The position numbers and the translations under genes were made by a program. The notes under the pieces were generated by a model. It ran no database searches. It worked only from the letters and a program-made list of their open reading frames with translations, and was not told the DNA's origin. A stretch of 64,000 nucleotides of DNA. It comes from an uncultured Spirochaetota bacterium (lineage in GTDB: Bacteria; Spirochaetota; Spirochaetia; SZUA-6; Fen-1364). The stretch's first letter is position 1, and each line of letters begins with the position of its first letter. Below, piece by piece: positions 41,418 through 50,904 of this stretch. The stretch spans positions 96,001 through 160,000 of the forward strand of contig CAVUXE010000037.1 in the NCBI GenBank assembly GCA_963745235.1, given 5' to 3'.

Positions 41418-42209
41418 ATGACCGCGGCCGCCAGGAAAGACGCGGAGATAGTCCTGGAGACGGTCCGTCTTACCAAAGCCTTCGGAGGGCTGACTGCCGT
41501 TGATGCCCTGGACCTGCGCGTCCATCGGGGGGAAATCTCCAGCCTCATCGGTCCCAACGGCGCCGGGAAAACGACGGTCTTCAACGTCGTCACCGGCATC
41601 TACCGGCCCGAAAGAGGCAGCGTCTTCTTCCAGGGAGAGAACATTACGGGCAGGAAGCCGCACCGGATCGTGGAGCGGGGAATAGCGCGCACGTTCCAGA
41701 ACATCCGCCTGTTCCCGAACCTCACCTGCCTGGAGAACGTCATGGCCGGCCGGCATGCGCGGATGCGAAGCGGCCTTGCCGGCGCCCTGTTTCACCCGCG
41801 CACGCAGGTCGCGGAGGAGAGGGAGACGCGTCGAGCCGCGGAAGAGCGGCTGGCCCAGGTGGGATTGGGTGAGTCCCGCAACGAGCTTGCGCGCAACATC
41901 GCCTACGGCCGGCAACGGATGCTGGAGATTGCGCGCGCGCTGGCCACCTCACCGCGCCTGGTCGTCCTGGACGAGCCGTCCAGCGGGCTGAACCCCCGCG
42001 AGACAGAGGATCTGATGGTGTTCATCAGGAAGATCATCAGGGACGAGCGCCTGACCATACTTCTCATCGAGCACGACATGAACGTCGTGATGGGCATCTC
42101 GGACTGGGTCACCGTGATGGACGGGGGACGCAAAATCGCTGAAGGACATCCCCGGCAGATCTACCATGATCCCCGCGTCATCGAGGCATACCTGGGCGGA
42201 GGGACCTGA
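41418..42209 (+). CDS. livG: Branched-chain amino acid ABC ATPase
   Basis: GPNGAGKTT, ARTFQNIRLF, LDEPSSG, IEHDM, VIEAYLG. Confidence 0.93.
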   Translation: MTAAARKDAEIVLETVRLTKAFGGLTAVDALDLRVHRGEISSLIGPNGAGKTTVFNVVTGIYRPERGSVFFQGENITGRKPHRIVERGIARTFQNIRLFPNLTCLENVMAGRHARMRSGLAGALFHPRTQVAEERETRRAAEERLAQVGLGESRNELARNIAYGRQRMLEIARALATSPRLVVLDEPSSGLNPRETEDLMVFIRKIIRDERLTILLIEHDMNVVMGISDWVTVMDGGRKIAEGHPRQIYHDPRVIEAYLGGGT

Positions 42210-42212
42210 GGA

Positions 42213-42962
42213 ATGCCGCCGCTTCTCCAGGTGAAAGACCTGCACATCCACTACGGGGCGCTGGAAGCGCTGAAGGGGGTGACCCTGTCCGTGGAGGAAG
42301 GGGAGATCGTGACAGTGCTCGGCGCCAACGGGGCCGGGAAGAGCACCCTCCTGCGCGCCATTTCGGGCCTGCTTGCGGCCAGGGACGGAGAGATCCTCCT
42401 TGACGGCGCCTCCCTGTCGCGCGTGCCCGCGTGCGACATTGTGCTGAAGGGGATTTCCCATGCCCCGGAGGGCCGCAAGGTCTTCTCCACGCTCACCGTG
42501 GAGGAGAACCTCAACCTGGGGGCGTTCACCCGTCGACACCGAAGGCAGGAAGTCACCGAGGCGCGGGAAAGAGTCTTCGGCCTTTTCCCGCTGCTCTCTG
42601 ACCGCAGGCGACAGCTGGCCGGGACGCTCTCCGGCGGTGAGCAGCAGATGCTGGCAATGGGCAGGGCCCTGATGAGCACGCCCCGGATCCTCCTCCTGGA
42701 CGAGCCCTCACTTGGTCTTGCGCCAATCCTCGTGAACCTGATCTTCGACATCATCCAGGAGATCAACCGCCAGGGCGTGGCAATCCTCCTGGTGGAGCAG
42801 AATGCCCACCAGGCCCTCGCGCTGGCGCGGCGCGGATATGTGCTGGAGGCGGGCGTGATTTCCGCGCAAGGCGCGTCACGGGAGCTGCAGTCCGACCGGC
42901 GGATTCAGGAGGCGTACCTGGGAGGCTCGGGTCTCAACGCACGCGGGCCCGAGCGGGGCTAG
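42213..42962 (+). CDS. livF: Branched-chain amino acid ABC ATPase
   Basis: GANGAGKST, PEGRKVF, LSGGEQQMLA, LDEPSLGLAP, VEQNA. Confidence 0.93.
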   Translation: MPPLLQVKDLHIHYGALEALKGVTLSVEEGEIVTVLGANGAGKSTLLRAISGLLAARDGEILLDGASLSRVPACDIVLKGISHAPEGRKVFSTLTVEENLNLGAFTRRHRRQEVTEARERVFGLFPLLSDRRRQLAGTLSGGEQQMLAMGRALMSTPRILLLDEPSLGLAPILVNLIFDIIQEINRQGVAILLVEQNAHQALALARRGYVLEAGVISAQGASRELQSDRRIQEAYLGGSGLNARGPERG

Positions 42963-43768
42963 CGCTGGCGGACCTTGCCGGGGGCGCGCGGCGGGTGCGC
43001 CCGGGCGGGAGAAAGCGGCTCCGCAATCGGCGTGCTCTCTATCTTCTGGTTCATGATTGCAAGCCCGCCCCCCGCGCTCAGCGTGCTCATGATGACATCG
43101 TGCACGAGGGCCTCGTGACTCAGCCCCCTGCTTCTTCCCAGGCCGTAGACGAGCGCCAGGGACGCGTAGCCGGAGGGCTGCATGCCGCTCGCCATGAGGA
43201 GCTTGCCGATCTGCGCGGAGTCCGCGTCCTCCAGGGGTGCAACGGCTCGCAGGTCCATGATGGCCCCGCAGGCGGCCAGCGCGGACTCGTAGCCTCTCTG
43301 CATGCCCGCCCCCGCGGCGAGGAGCTCTCCGACAAGCTTGTCGGGAAGTCCCGCGCGGAGATAGATCCCGACCTCTTTGAGCGTCTCGTCTCCGGGACGC
43401 GAGAGGAAGGTCCCGCGCAGCCCCGCATTGGCCATGAGGAGCCGGGCCTGCTCCAGCCGCCCCAACTCTCCGTGAAGAGCGCTCACCAGCGTGTCAGGCG
43501 GGATTCCCTTTGCCTCCCCCTCCCGGAGCCTCTCCATGAGCAGCCACTGGGGAACATGGCGCTGGCCTGCTTCCGAAAAGATGTGGCCAAGCTCGCCGCG
43601 AGCGCTCGCGTACGCCGCGGAGCGGGGGTCTGACCCGTACCAAGTCTTCAGCAGGTCGCTCCACGACGCGCCTGCACCGGCGACAAGCAAAACCGATGAA
43701 AAAAGAAGGATTGCCGCGAGAGGCACGCGGCCGGCTCCGGAGGGGACGTTCATGACGTGAACCCTCAC
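42959..43768 (-). CDS. Hypothetical exported alpha-helical protein
   Basis: N-terminal hydrophobic signal or anchor; GTGA overlap with the anti-sigma gene; no recognisable catalytic motif. Confidence 0.75.
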   Translation of the reverse strand: MRVHVMNVPSGAGRVPLAAILLFSSVLLVAGAGASWSDLLKTWYGSDPRSAAYASARGELGHIFSEAGQRHVPQWLLMERLREGEAKGIPPDTLVSALHGELGRLEQARLLMANAGLRGTFLSRPGDETLKEVGIYLRAGLPDKLVGELLAAGAGMQRGYESALAACGAIMDLRAVAPLEDADSAQIGKLLMASGMQPSGYASLALVYGLGRSRGLSHEALVHDVIMSTLSAGGGLAIMNQKIESTPIAEPLSPARAHPPRAPGKVRQR

Positions 43769-44400
43769 AACCTGAGCACGGAGCTCAGACCGCCGAAGCC
43801 ATCATCGATCTGGCTTTCCGAGTGCGGATCCGGGACCCACCGCTGCCCGTCGATCAGGAAGTCGTAGGTGTAGATTCCCCCCGCGCGCAGCGGCACGATG
43901 ATTTCCCAGACGCCGTGCTGTCCGGCCTTCAGGTTCAGCTCGCCGGGACGCCAGCCGTTCCAGTCACCCGCAAGGCTGACCCGTGAGGCCAAGGGAGCCT
44001 CCAGGGTGAAGCGCACCATGACCTGGGCGCCCGCGGAGCGCATGCGCCCCTGGAGGACAAGTCCGCCAATCCCCAGGAGAAGGGCCACGCACCCGGCCAG
44101 GGGAAGCGCCCATCTGACCGTCTGCATGGTTCGTCCGGAGAAGTGATGCACCTTCACTCTGGTGGCCCGTCGCATGACCGAATCCGTGAAGGAGGATGAC
44201 GGCGATTCTTCGAAGGGAACCAGCCCGGAACGCTCTCCCGCGTCGCGGCGGATCAGAGGGATCAGTGCCCCGTAGGCGCGCGCGCACCGTTCGCACGCCC
44301 GGCTGTGATTGATGATGAAAAAGAGGCTCTGGGCATCTGAGACATGCCCTTGTTCCCACTCGCTGATTGCCGCGTCCACGCGTTGACAGGTGTCGTTCAT
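43765..44400 (-). CDS. Zinc-binding anti-sigma factor with C-terminal CBM48 (glycogen-binding / isoamylase early set) domain
   Basis: HxxxCxxC (HSRACERC), one TM helix, VRFTLEAP..SRVSLAGDWNGW...GVW...YTYDFLIDGQRWVPDP...DDGFGG. Confidence 0.85.
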   Translation of the reverse strand: MNDTCQRVDAAISEWEQGHVSDAQSLFFIINHSRACERCARAYGALIPLIRRDAGERSGLVPFEESPSSSFTDSVMRRATRVKVHHFSGRTMQTVRWALPLAGCVALLLGIGGLVLQGRMRSAGAQVMVRFTLEAPLASRVSLAGDWNGWRPGELNLKAGQHGVWEIIVPLRAGGIYTYDFLIDGQRWVPDPHSESQIDDGFGGLSSVLRL

Positions 44401-44446
44401 ACCGCTGCCTGCTTTGTTACTCTGCCGTTGCCTGCTGGTTATTATA

Positions 44447-45037
44447 CTATGGTAGACCTTCCTTCGTTGCGTTCCTCTGGAGACTTTCGCGCAGCTTCTG
44501 CCGGCCGCGGAAAAGGCGGGACTTCACGTTTTCCACGCCGATATTGAGCACCGCCCCGATTGCCTCCACCTTCATCTCCTCGTAGTAGTACAGCACAACC
44601 ACCTCTCGCAGGGTGGGCGGGAGGGAGTCCACGGCACGGCGCAGCGCGTCTCGCTCGTATTCCTCCATCACGACGCGCTGCGGGTCGGCCTCCCCGCCCG
44701 CGGCCAGCTCGACCTCCACGGCGGTCACCCGCTCCTCGCGTCTTTTCATGCGGCCGTAGGCGCTGCGAAGGTGGTTGACGGCAATGCTGTAGAGCCAGGG
44801 AAGGAGCTTCCTGTCCAGGCTGAAGCGGTGCAGCGACCGATAGGCGCGCAGGAAGATCTCCTGCGCCGCCTCCTCCGCCTCCTCCCGGTTGCCAAGGAAA
44901 GAAAGGGCAAGCCTCACGACGAGGCCCTTGTAGCGATCCACGATGAGCCGAAAGGCGTCCCGGTTTCCGCGGAGGACCTCGCCGATGGCGGCGAGCTCGT
45001 CCGCGCGTTCACTCTCCCCGGCGCGAATCTCTTCCAC
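44447..45037 (-). CDS. ECF sigma-70 factor
   Basis: AEEAAQEIFLRAY, WLYSIAVN, LPPTLREVVVLYY, VKSRLFRGR. Start GTG 45037 inferred from TGgTACATT-N7; an upstream start is possible. Confidence 0.92.
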   Translation of the reverse strand: MEEIRAGESERADELAAIGEVLRGNRDAFRLIVDRYKGLVVRLALSFLGNREEAEEAAQEIFLRAYRSLHRFSLDRKLLPWLYSIAVNHLRSAYGRMKRREERVTAVEVELAAGGEADPQRVVMEEYERDALRRAVDSLPPTLREVVVLYYYEEMKVEAIGAVLNIGVENVKSRLFRGRQKLRESLQRNATKEGLP

Positions 45038-45391
45038 GGGAGTCAATGTACCACCCCGCGCCTGGAAAAAGGACAGACCGCATGTTTTCATTCCTGCAAC
45101 CGCGCCGCCACGGGGCGGGTACAATGAAGGGTCACCATTGTGGGCGCTGTCGGCCTCCCCAGAGAACTGAACAGCGCGCGGGAGAGCGAAAGCGCGGGCC
45201 CCGTTCCGCGCGCCTCCCGCAAATCCCTTTCCACGGCCGGCCGCAGGCCCCCCTGAGCGCCCTTGATCGGGGGCACTGGACCGGCCATCTTTTTTCCCGG
45301 GCCAGGTGCATGCAATAACCCGCCGCGTCGTTCGTCTTTGAGAGCATGACGATCACGGCCCCCGCAGGGTCCCCGTCTCACGCGCAGGCGC

Positions 45392-45456
45392 TTGACGCTC
45401 GGCGCGAAAGACTGTATGTTTTCGAATATTACGGAATCGAACATTTCGTAATCGAA
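45392..45456 (+). promoter_or_regulatory. MarR operon promoter with three 15-bp-spaced operator units
   Basis: TTGACG-N17-TATGTT; units TATGTTTTCGAA (45415), TACGGAATCGAA (45430), TTCGTAATCGAA (45445). Confidence 0.7.
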
Positions 45457-45465
45457 GAAACGACC

Positions 45466-45900
45466 ATGAAAGAAATACAGCTTCTTGAGCTCCTGGGTGA
45501 CATCTACCGCCGGGTCTTCCGGGCCGTCGCCCCACTGGCGCAGTCGGAAGGCCTCTCCATGACGGAGATGCTCGTCGTGTGGAAGATGCACTCGCGGGAA
45601 TGCCGCAGGGTGAAGGAGCTGGTCGCGGAGATCGGGCTTCCCCCGAGCACGCTCACCGGGATCCTGGACCGTCTCACCGCCGCCGGCTGGCTCGCCCGGG
45701 AGGACGACCGGGAGGACCGCAGGGCCGTGGTCATGAGGCGCACGGAGAAGCTGGACAAGTTCATCCGCATCTTGAGGCAGGAAAGAACGAAGTCCCTGGA
45801 GGCTGCATTCCGCAAGCTCCCCCGCGACCTCGTCGAACGGCTGACGGAAGACCTGACCGCCGTTCATGACATTCTGGAAGCTGAGGAGAAGCAGGAATGA
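45466..45900 (+). CDS. MarR family transcriptional regulator
   Basis: ELVAEIGLPPSTLTGILDRL...DREDRRAV winged helix. Confidence 0.9.
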   Translation: MKEIQLLELLGDIYRRVFRAVAPLAQSEGLSMTEMLVVWKMHSRECRRVKELVAEIGLPPSTLTGILDRLTAAGWLAREDDREDRRAVVMRRTEKLDKFIRILRQERTKSLEAAFRKLPRDLVERLTEDLTAVHDILEAEEKQE

Positions 45901-47492
45901 GCGATATCACGCGGGCGCGGGGGGCGGCCCCCGCGAAGGCTCTGCAGACCGGCGTGGAGGCGGGGCAGTCCGGATACCACTGGATGGCCCCGGTCCTTGT
46001 GGCCCTTATTGGCGCGTTCATGTCCATCCTGGACTCGAGCATCGTCAACGTTGCAATCCCGACGATGATGAACGTGTTCAACGCGAACCCAAGCTCGATC
46101 CAATGGGTGTCCACAATCTACATGCTCGCCCTGGGCGTCGTGATACCGCTCTCCGGCTGGCTCGGAGACCGCATCGGTTTCAAACGGCTGTACGTCCTCT
46201 CCATGGCGGTATTCGTGGCGGGCTCACTGCTGTGCACATTGGCGTGGGACCTGAACTCCCTCATCTTCGCCCGCGTGGTCCAGGCAATGGGCGGCGGGAT
46301 GATCATGCCGACCACAATGGCCATGATCTACCGCATGGTTCCGCGGGACAAGATCGGCTCGGGAATGGGGATCTTCGGCATCGCGCTTCTGGTTGCCCCC
46401 GCCATCGGCCCGACCCTCGGCGGGTACCTTGTCGAGTACGTGGAGTGGCGGTGGATATTCACCATCAACCTTCCCATCGGAGTGATCGGCATTCTGCTCG
46501 CGCTCTTCATCCTCCCGGAGTTCCAGTCCAAGCATCCCGGCAAGCTCGACGTCTGGGGGGTCGTTACATCGGCATCCGCGCTGTTCAGCCTGCTGCTCGC
46601 CCTCAGCAAGGGGTCGGACTGGGGCTGGGGAGATGAAAGGACCGTCCTGCTCTTTCTTGCGAGCTTCTTCTCGTTTGTCCTTTTCATCTACATGGAGCTG
46701 ACGTCGGACAACCCGCTGCTCGATCTGCGGGCTTTCAAGTACGTGAGCTTCACCGTGGCGAATCTCTCTCTCGTGGTGACCACCATCGGGATGTTTTCCG
46801 GCCTCTTCTTCCTTCCCCTGTTCCTGCAGAGCATCCGGGGCATCGGGGCCATGGAGACCGGGCTGCTCATGATGCCCGGCGCAATCATCTCCGGGATGAT
46901 GATGCCCGTGGTTGGCCGGTTGTTCGACAAGATCGGGCCTCGGCCTCTGGTGATAACGGGTCTTCTCCTGCTCTCATTCATCACCTTCCTGTTTCGCAAC
47001 CTGAACCTGGAGACCGCGACCGCCACCATCATGCTGTGGACGCTCCTCCGGGGGTTCGTGATGCCCCTGGCGATGATGCCGGCCCAGACGGCAGCGATGG
47101 TGGATATCCCCACTGAGCTGATCGGCCGGGCCTCCTCCATCACCAACATCGTCTCTCGTGTATCCAGCTCCTTCGGGATTGCCGTTCTGACCTCCATGCT
47201 GACCACCCGCCAGATCATGCACGGCGCGAACCTCGCGTGGAGGGTCTCCGCGGCGAATCCGACGGCAATGAGCGTCATTCACCAGGCAGGTGCTGCCATG
47301 GGCGGCGGCTCCCAGGGCCGGAGCATCGCGCTCGCGTTCCTGGATGGGATGGTGGCCAAGATGTCGTTCGTCAATGCGATCGATGATGTCTTTCTTGTCA
47401 CGGCGGCGTTCACCCTGATAGCGCTCGTCCCCGCGTACTTCCTCAAGAAGGGCGTGCATGGCGGGCCGCGGGGAGCAGCGATGGCCGAATAA
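45897..47492 (+). CDS. DHA2 family MFS efflux permease (EmrB-like)
   Basis: LDSSIVNVAIP, GWLGDRIG, APAIGPTLGG, WRWIFTINLPIG. Confidence 0.93.
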   Translation: MSDITRARGAAPAKALQTGVEAGQSGYHWMAPVLVALIGAFMSILDSSIVNVAIPTMMNVFNANPSSIQWVSTIYMLALGVVIPLSGWLGDRIGFKRLYVLSMAVFVAGSLLCTLAWDLNSLIFARVVQAMGGGMIMPTTMAMIYRMVPRDKIGSGMGIFGIALLVAPAIGPTLGGYLVEYVEWRWIFTINLPIGVIGILLALFILPEFQSKHPGKLDVWGVVTSASALFSLLLALSKGSDWGWGDERTVLLFLASFFSFVLFIYMELTSDNPLLDLRAFKYVSFTVANLSLVVTTIGMFSGLFFLPLFLQSIRGIGAMETGLLMMPGAIISGMMMPVVGRLFDKIGPRPLVITGLLLLSFITFLFRNLNLETATATIMLWTLLRGFVMPLAMMPAQTAAMVDIPTELIGRASSITNIVSRVSSSFGIAVLTSMLTTRQIMHGANLAWRVSAANPTAMSVIHQAGAAMGGGSQGRSIALAFLDGMVAKMSFVNAIDDVFLVTAAFTLIALVPAYFLKKGVHGGPRGAAMAE

Positions 47493-47555
47493 GGTGGGTC
47501 CGTCCCCTGCGCCCGGTCGCCGGGGCCTAATCCAATTTCCAGAGAGGAAGATCTG

Positions 47556-48251
47556 ATGTCACGAAGAACTGTCATTATGCTCGTTATCGCCATTGCGGTG
47601 GTTGCGACGGTGGGAATCGTCGGGTACTACGGGTACCAGGGGTACCGCTACGTCTCCACTGACGACGCGCGGATCGCCTCCAACGTCGTTTCGGTCAGCC
47701 CGGAGATCGCCGGAAAGATCCTGGAATGGCGGGTCAAGGAAGGCGACATGGTCCAGAAGGACGATGTCCTGGGACGCCAGGATCTGGGCGCCGCGCTCAC
47801 CTCGGGGGCAATCAATCCGCAGGCTATGGGCTCGGTGGCGGGTGTCGTGGCGGAAAAGGCGATCCTGCGGGCGCCCCTTGCCGGGCAGGTCATCCTGTCC
47901 ACGGCCGTCGTCGGCGAAATGGCGGTGCCGGGCATGTCCCTCGCCGTCATCGCGGACACGGAAGGGCTGTACGTCAGCGCGAACATCAAAGAGGGGGACA
48001 TTGCCCGCGTGAAGATCGGCCAGCAGGTGAGCGTCTGGATAGATGCGTTTCACGGCAGGCTGTTCCATGGACGGGTGGAGACCATCGGCCGCGCCACCTC
48101 CTCCACGTTCTCCCTCCTTCCCGCCCAGAACGGAGGCGGAAATTACACGAAGGTCGTCCAGGTCATCCCGATCAAGATCAGCATCCTGGATCAGGGCGAC
48201 GCTCGTTTCATGATCGGGATGAACGCATATATCAAGATCCACATCAACTGA
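47556..48251 (+). CDS. Short EmrA/HlyD-family adaptor
   Basis: N-terminal TM helix, VSTDDARI, FSLLPAQNGGGNYTKVVQVIP; lacks the long alpha-hairpin. Confidence 0.88.
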   Translation: MSRRTVIMLVIAIAVVATVGIVGYYGYQGYRYVSTDDARIASNVVSVSPEIAGKILEWRVKEGDMVQKDDVLGRQDLGAALTSGAINPQAMGSVAGVVAEKAILRAPLAGQVILSTAVVGEMAVPGMSLAVIADTEGLYVSANIKEGDIARVKIGQQVSVWIDAFHGRLFHGRVETIGRATSSTFSLLPAQNGGGNYTKVVQVIPIKISILDQGDARFMIGMNAYIKIHIN

Positions 48252-48271
48252 GAAATGCAAGGAGCGAAGTC

Positions 48272-49417
48272 GTGAACAATCGGTTCCATAAATCATTCGT
48301 GATCATTACGGCCGCGGCGCTGGCCGTGAGCCTCCTGTCCTGCCAGCCGAAAGCGGCCGTACGTGTCAGCGTACAGACGTCGGCCGCGCATGACGGAAAG
48401 ATAGTCAAAGACGTCGACTTTTCCGGCGTTCTGGTCCCTAATCAAACCGTCAACATTTTCGCGAAGATTGCCGGCCAGGCTACATACGTTGGCGGCGACG
48501 TGGGCACACCGGTGAAGGCCGGGCAGCTCCTGGTGCAGATCGACACAAAGGAGCTGAACGCGCAGCTGAAGGTTGCGGAGGCCCAGCTGTCCGGGGTGTC
48601 AGACCAGGGCGCGCAGGCGAAAATCGGGGTGGAGACCGCGCGGTTGAACCTGGACCTGGCCCAGCGGGCGTACGACCGGACGAAAACGCTGCTGGAGAGC
48701 AAGGTGGTCACGCAGAGCCAGCTGGATGATGCCCAGACGAAGCTGGACCTCGCAAAGAGCGCTTTCGACAATGCAAACCGGCAGTACCAGACCGTCAGCG
48801 GCTCGGGGCTCGCCCAGGCGGAGGCCCAGGTCAACTTCATCAGGGTCCAGATCTCCAACAGCACCATCACGACCCCCATCACGGGCATCATCACGAATCG
48901 CAACATCAATCCCGGCGAGATCACCTCCACGACCACGGCCCTGATGTCGATTGCCGACACGGCAACGCTGAAGCTGCAGGGGAACCTGTCCCAGGAGGAT
49001 ATCGTGCACCTGTCCATCGGGGACGCGGTGAAAGTGTCCGTGGATGCCATCCCGGGAAAGACCTACGCGGGCCGGGTCCAGCAGGTGGGCCCTGTCGCGG
49101 CCGCCACGGGCCAGTATTTCCCGGTTGTCGTTGCCCTCGCGAACGACCGCAAGCTCCTTGCCGGCATGACGGCGAAGGCGTCCTTCACGTTGACAGGGTC
49201 TCCAGGGATCATCGTAGCGCTCCCGGCCATCGACGCGGGAGAGGACGGCCAGGCATATGTGTTCGTGGTCGCCGGCGGCAAGGCTCACAAGAGGCAGGTA
49301 ACTCTCGGAATGAGAAACGGCAACGAGGTGCAGGTGCTGTCCGGGCTTGCGGCGGGGGAGATGGTGGCAGTCACCAATGTGGAAGCGCTGGTGGACGGGA
49401 TGGAGGTGGCTCAATGA
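48272..49417 (+). CDS. RND-type periplasmic adaptor (MFP), lipoprotein
   Basis: AGGAG then GTG 48272; lipobox LLSC; VKAGQLLV; long coiled coil; TPITG; LLAGMTA. Confidence 0.87.
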   Translation: MNNRFHKSFVIITAAALAVSLLSCQPKAAVRVSVQTSAAHDGKIVKDVDFSGVLVPNQTVNIFAKIAGQATYVGGDVGTPVKAGQLLVQIDTKELNAQLKVAEAQLSGVSDQGAQAKIGVETARLNLDLAQRAYDRTKTLLESKVVTQSQLDDAQTKLDLAKSAFDNANRQYQTVSGSGLAQAEAQVNFIRVQISNSTITTPITGIITNRNINPGEITSTTTALMSIADTATLKLQGNLSQEDIVHLSIGDAVKVSVDAIPGKTYAGRVQQVGPVAAATGQYFPVVVALANDRKLLAGMTAKASFTLTGSPGIIVALPAIDAGEDGQAYVFVVAGGKAHKRQVTLGMRNGNEVQVLSGLAAGEMVAVTNVEALVDGMEVAQ

Positions 49418-50869
49418 GCGCTCCACTGCGCGCCGCCGCGGCCGTCGCCATGTTCCTGCTGGCGGGCGCCGGCGCCATGGCGTTCGCCCAGGACGCGGGT
49501 CAGAGTGCGTCCGCGACGCAGGGCGCCGGACAGTCCGCGGCGCTCACGCTCACGGTGGATCAGGCCGTGGCGCGTGCGCTCGCCAACCAGCCCCTCATCC
49601 AGCAGGCGCAGGCCGCGGTGGAGGCCGCCCGGGCGCGAGTCGGGGAGGCGAACAGCGCGTACTACCCGTTTCTCAACGGCACGGCTTCGTACAACAGGCT
49701 GTCGGATGAAAGCTTCCCGCTGGGTGCACTGCTTCCCCCCGCAGCCGAGCTCTCCCAGTTCGGGATCACGATTCCCCCCAGCTTTGCGCCGCTTCTGAAT
49801 GCCCCCTTTTCCTTTGCCCCCGTGAACTCGTGGGATTTCAAGCTCGGATTCAATCAGGTGATCTTTCAATTCGGCAGGAGAGGCATCCAGGTCAAGCTGG
49901 CGGAAAATGGCGTCTCCGCAGCCGAAATTGGCGTCGAGCAGATACGCTCAAGTCTCGCGTTCCAGGCCGCGCAGGGGTTCTACACGGTCCTTTTCCTCAA
50001 GCAGCAGCTGGCAGCCCTGGACACGCAGCTTGCGAACCTCCAGGAGCACCTGGATGCGGTGCGGGTACGGACGCAGACCGGAGCGGCCACACGGTACGAC
50101 GAGCTTTCAACCGAGGTGCGCATTACCGCGCTGCGGAGCCAGCGCATCGATGCCGACAACATGCTGAACAAGCAGGCTGTCGGGCTGAAGCTGCTCCTCG
50201 GCATCGAAGCGAATGCACAGCTGGATCTGAGCGGTGACTTCACTCCGGGGGCTGCCGCATCCCCGGACGAGCAGGCCCAGGTCGCCTCCGCACTTTCGCG
50301 TCGGCCGGAGATCCGCCAGGCAGTCGAGGCTGAGAGGGCCGCGGAGCTGAACCGCAGGCTCTCCACCATGGGCGCCTGGCCCACGATCTCCGGGCACGCC
50401 TCGGTTGGCTACTCGAACGGGATACTTCCGGATCTCAACACGCCGGTCCTGAACTGGGTTGCCGGTGTTCAGGTGAATGTCCCCATTTTCCAGGGTTTTC
50501 TCGTTGCCCGCCAGGGTGAGGAAGCCGACAAGAAGCTGCTCGCGGCCCGGGCAGAACACGATGCAGGTCAAGCGCACCATCACGATTCAGGTGCTGCAGG
50601 CCATGCAGGACATAGATGCAGGGGGCAGGCAAGTGGAGAGCGCCCAGGTGCAGCTCGGGCAGGCGAAAGAAATGCTGGACGTGGTCAAGCTGCAGTACGA
50701 CCTGGGGATGCTGACGAACCTGGAGTACCTCGATGCGCAGGCATCGCTGGAGCGCGCGCAGCTCTCGAGCCTGCAGAGCCAGTACCGCCAGGTGCTGAAT
50801 CAGTACTCTCTGGATCTGGCTACCGGGGCGCCCTTCTGGTTGATGGGGCCCGGGGCAACGGGGAAGTGA
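49414..50869 (+). CDS. TolC family protein; frameshift near 50550
   Basis: LTVDQAVARAL, QVIFQFGR, VPIFQG. C-terminus YDLGMLTNLEYLDAQ lies in ORF 50477-50869. Confidence 0.86.
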
Positions 50870-50904
50870 ACCGGGCAGATCTGGTCTGCCCGGCCCGCCC
50901 CTTT

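Noticed and set aside
45124-45356. Small Cys/Arg-rich ORFs on both strands between the sigma and marR genes
   Set aside because: No SD or family motif, and composition is typical of GC-rich non-coding frames; cannot be supported as CDS.
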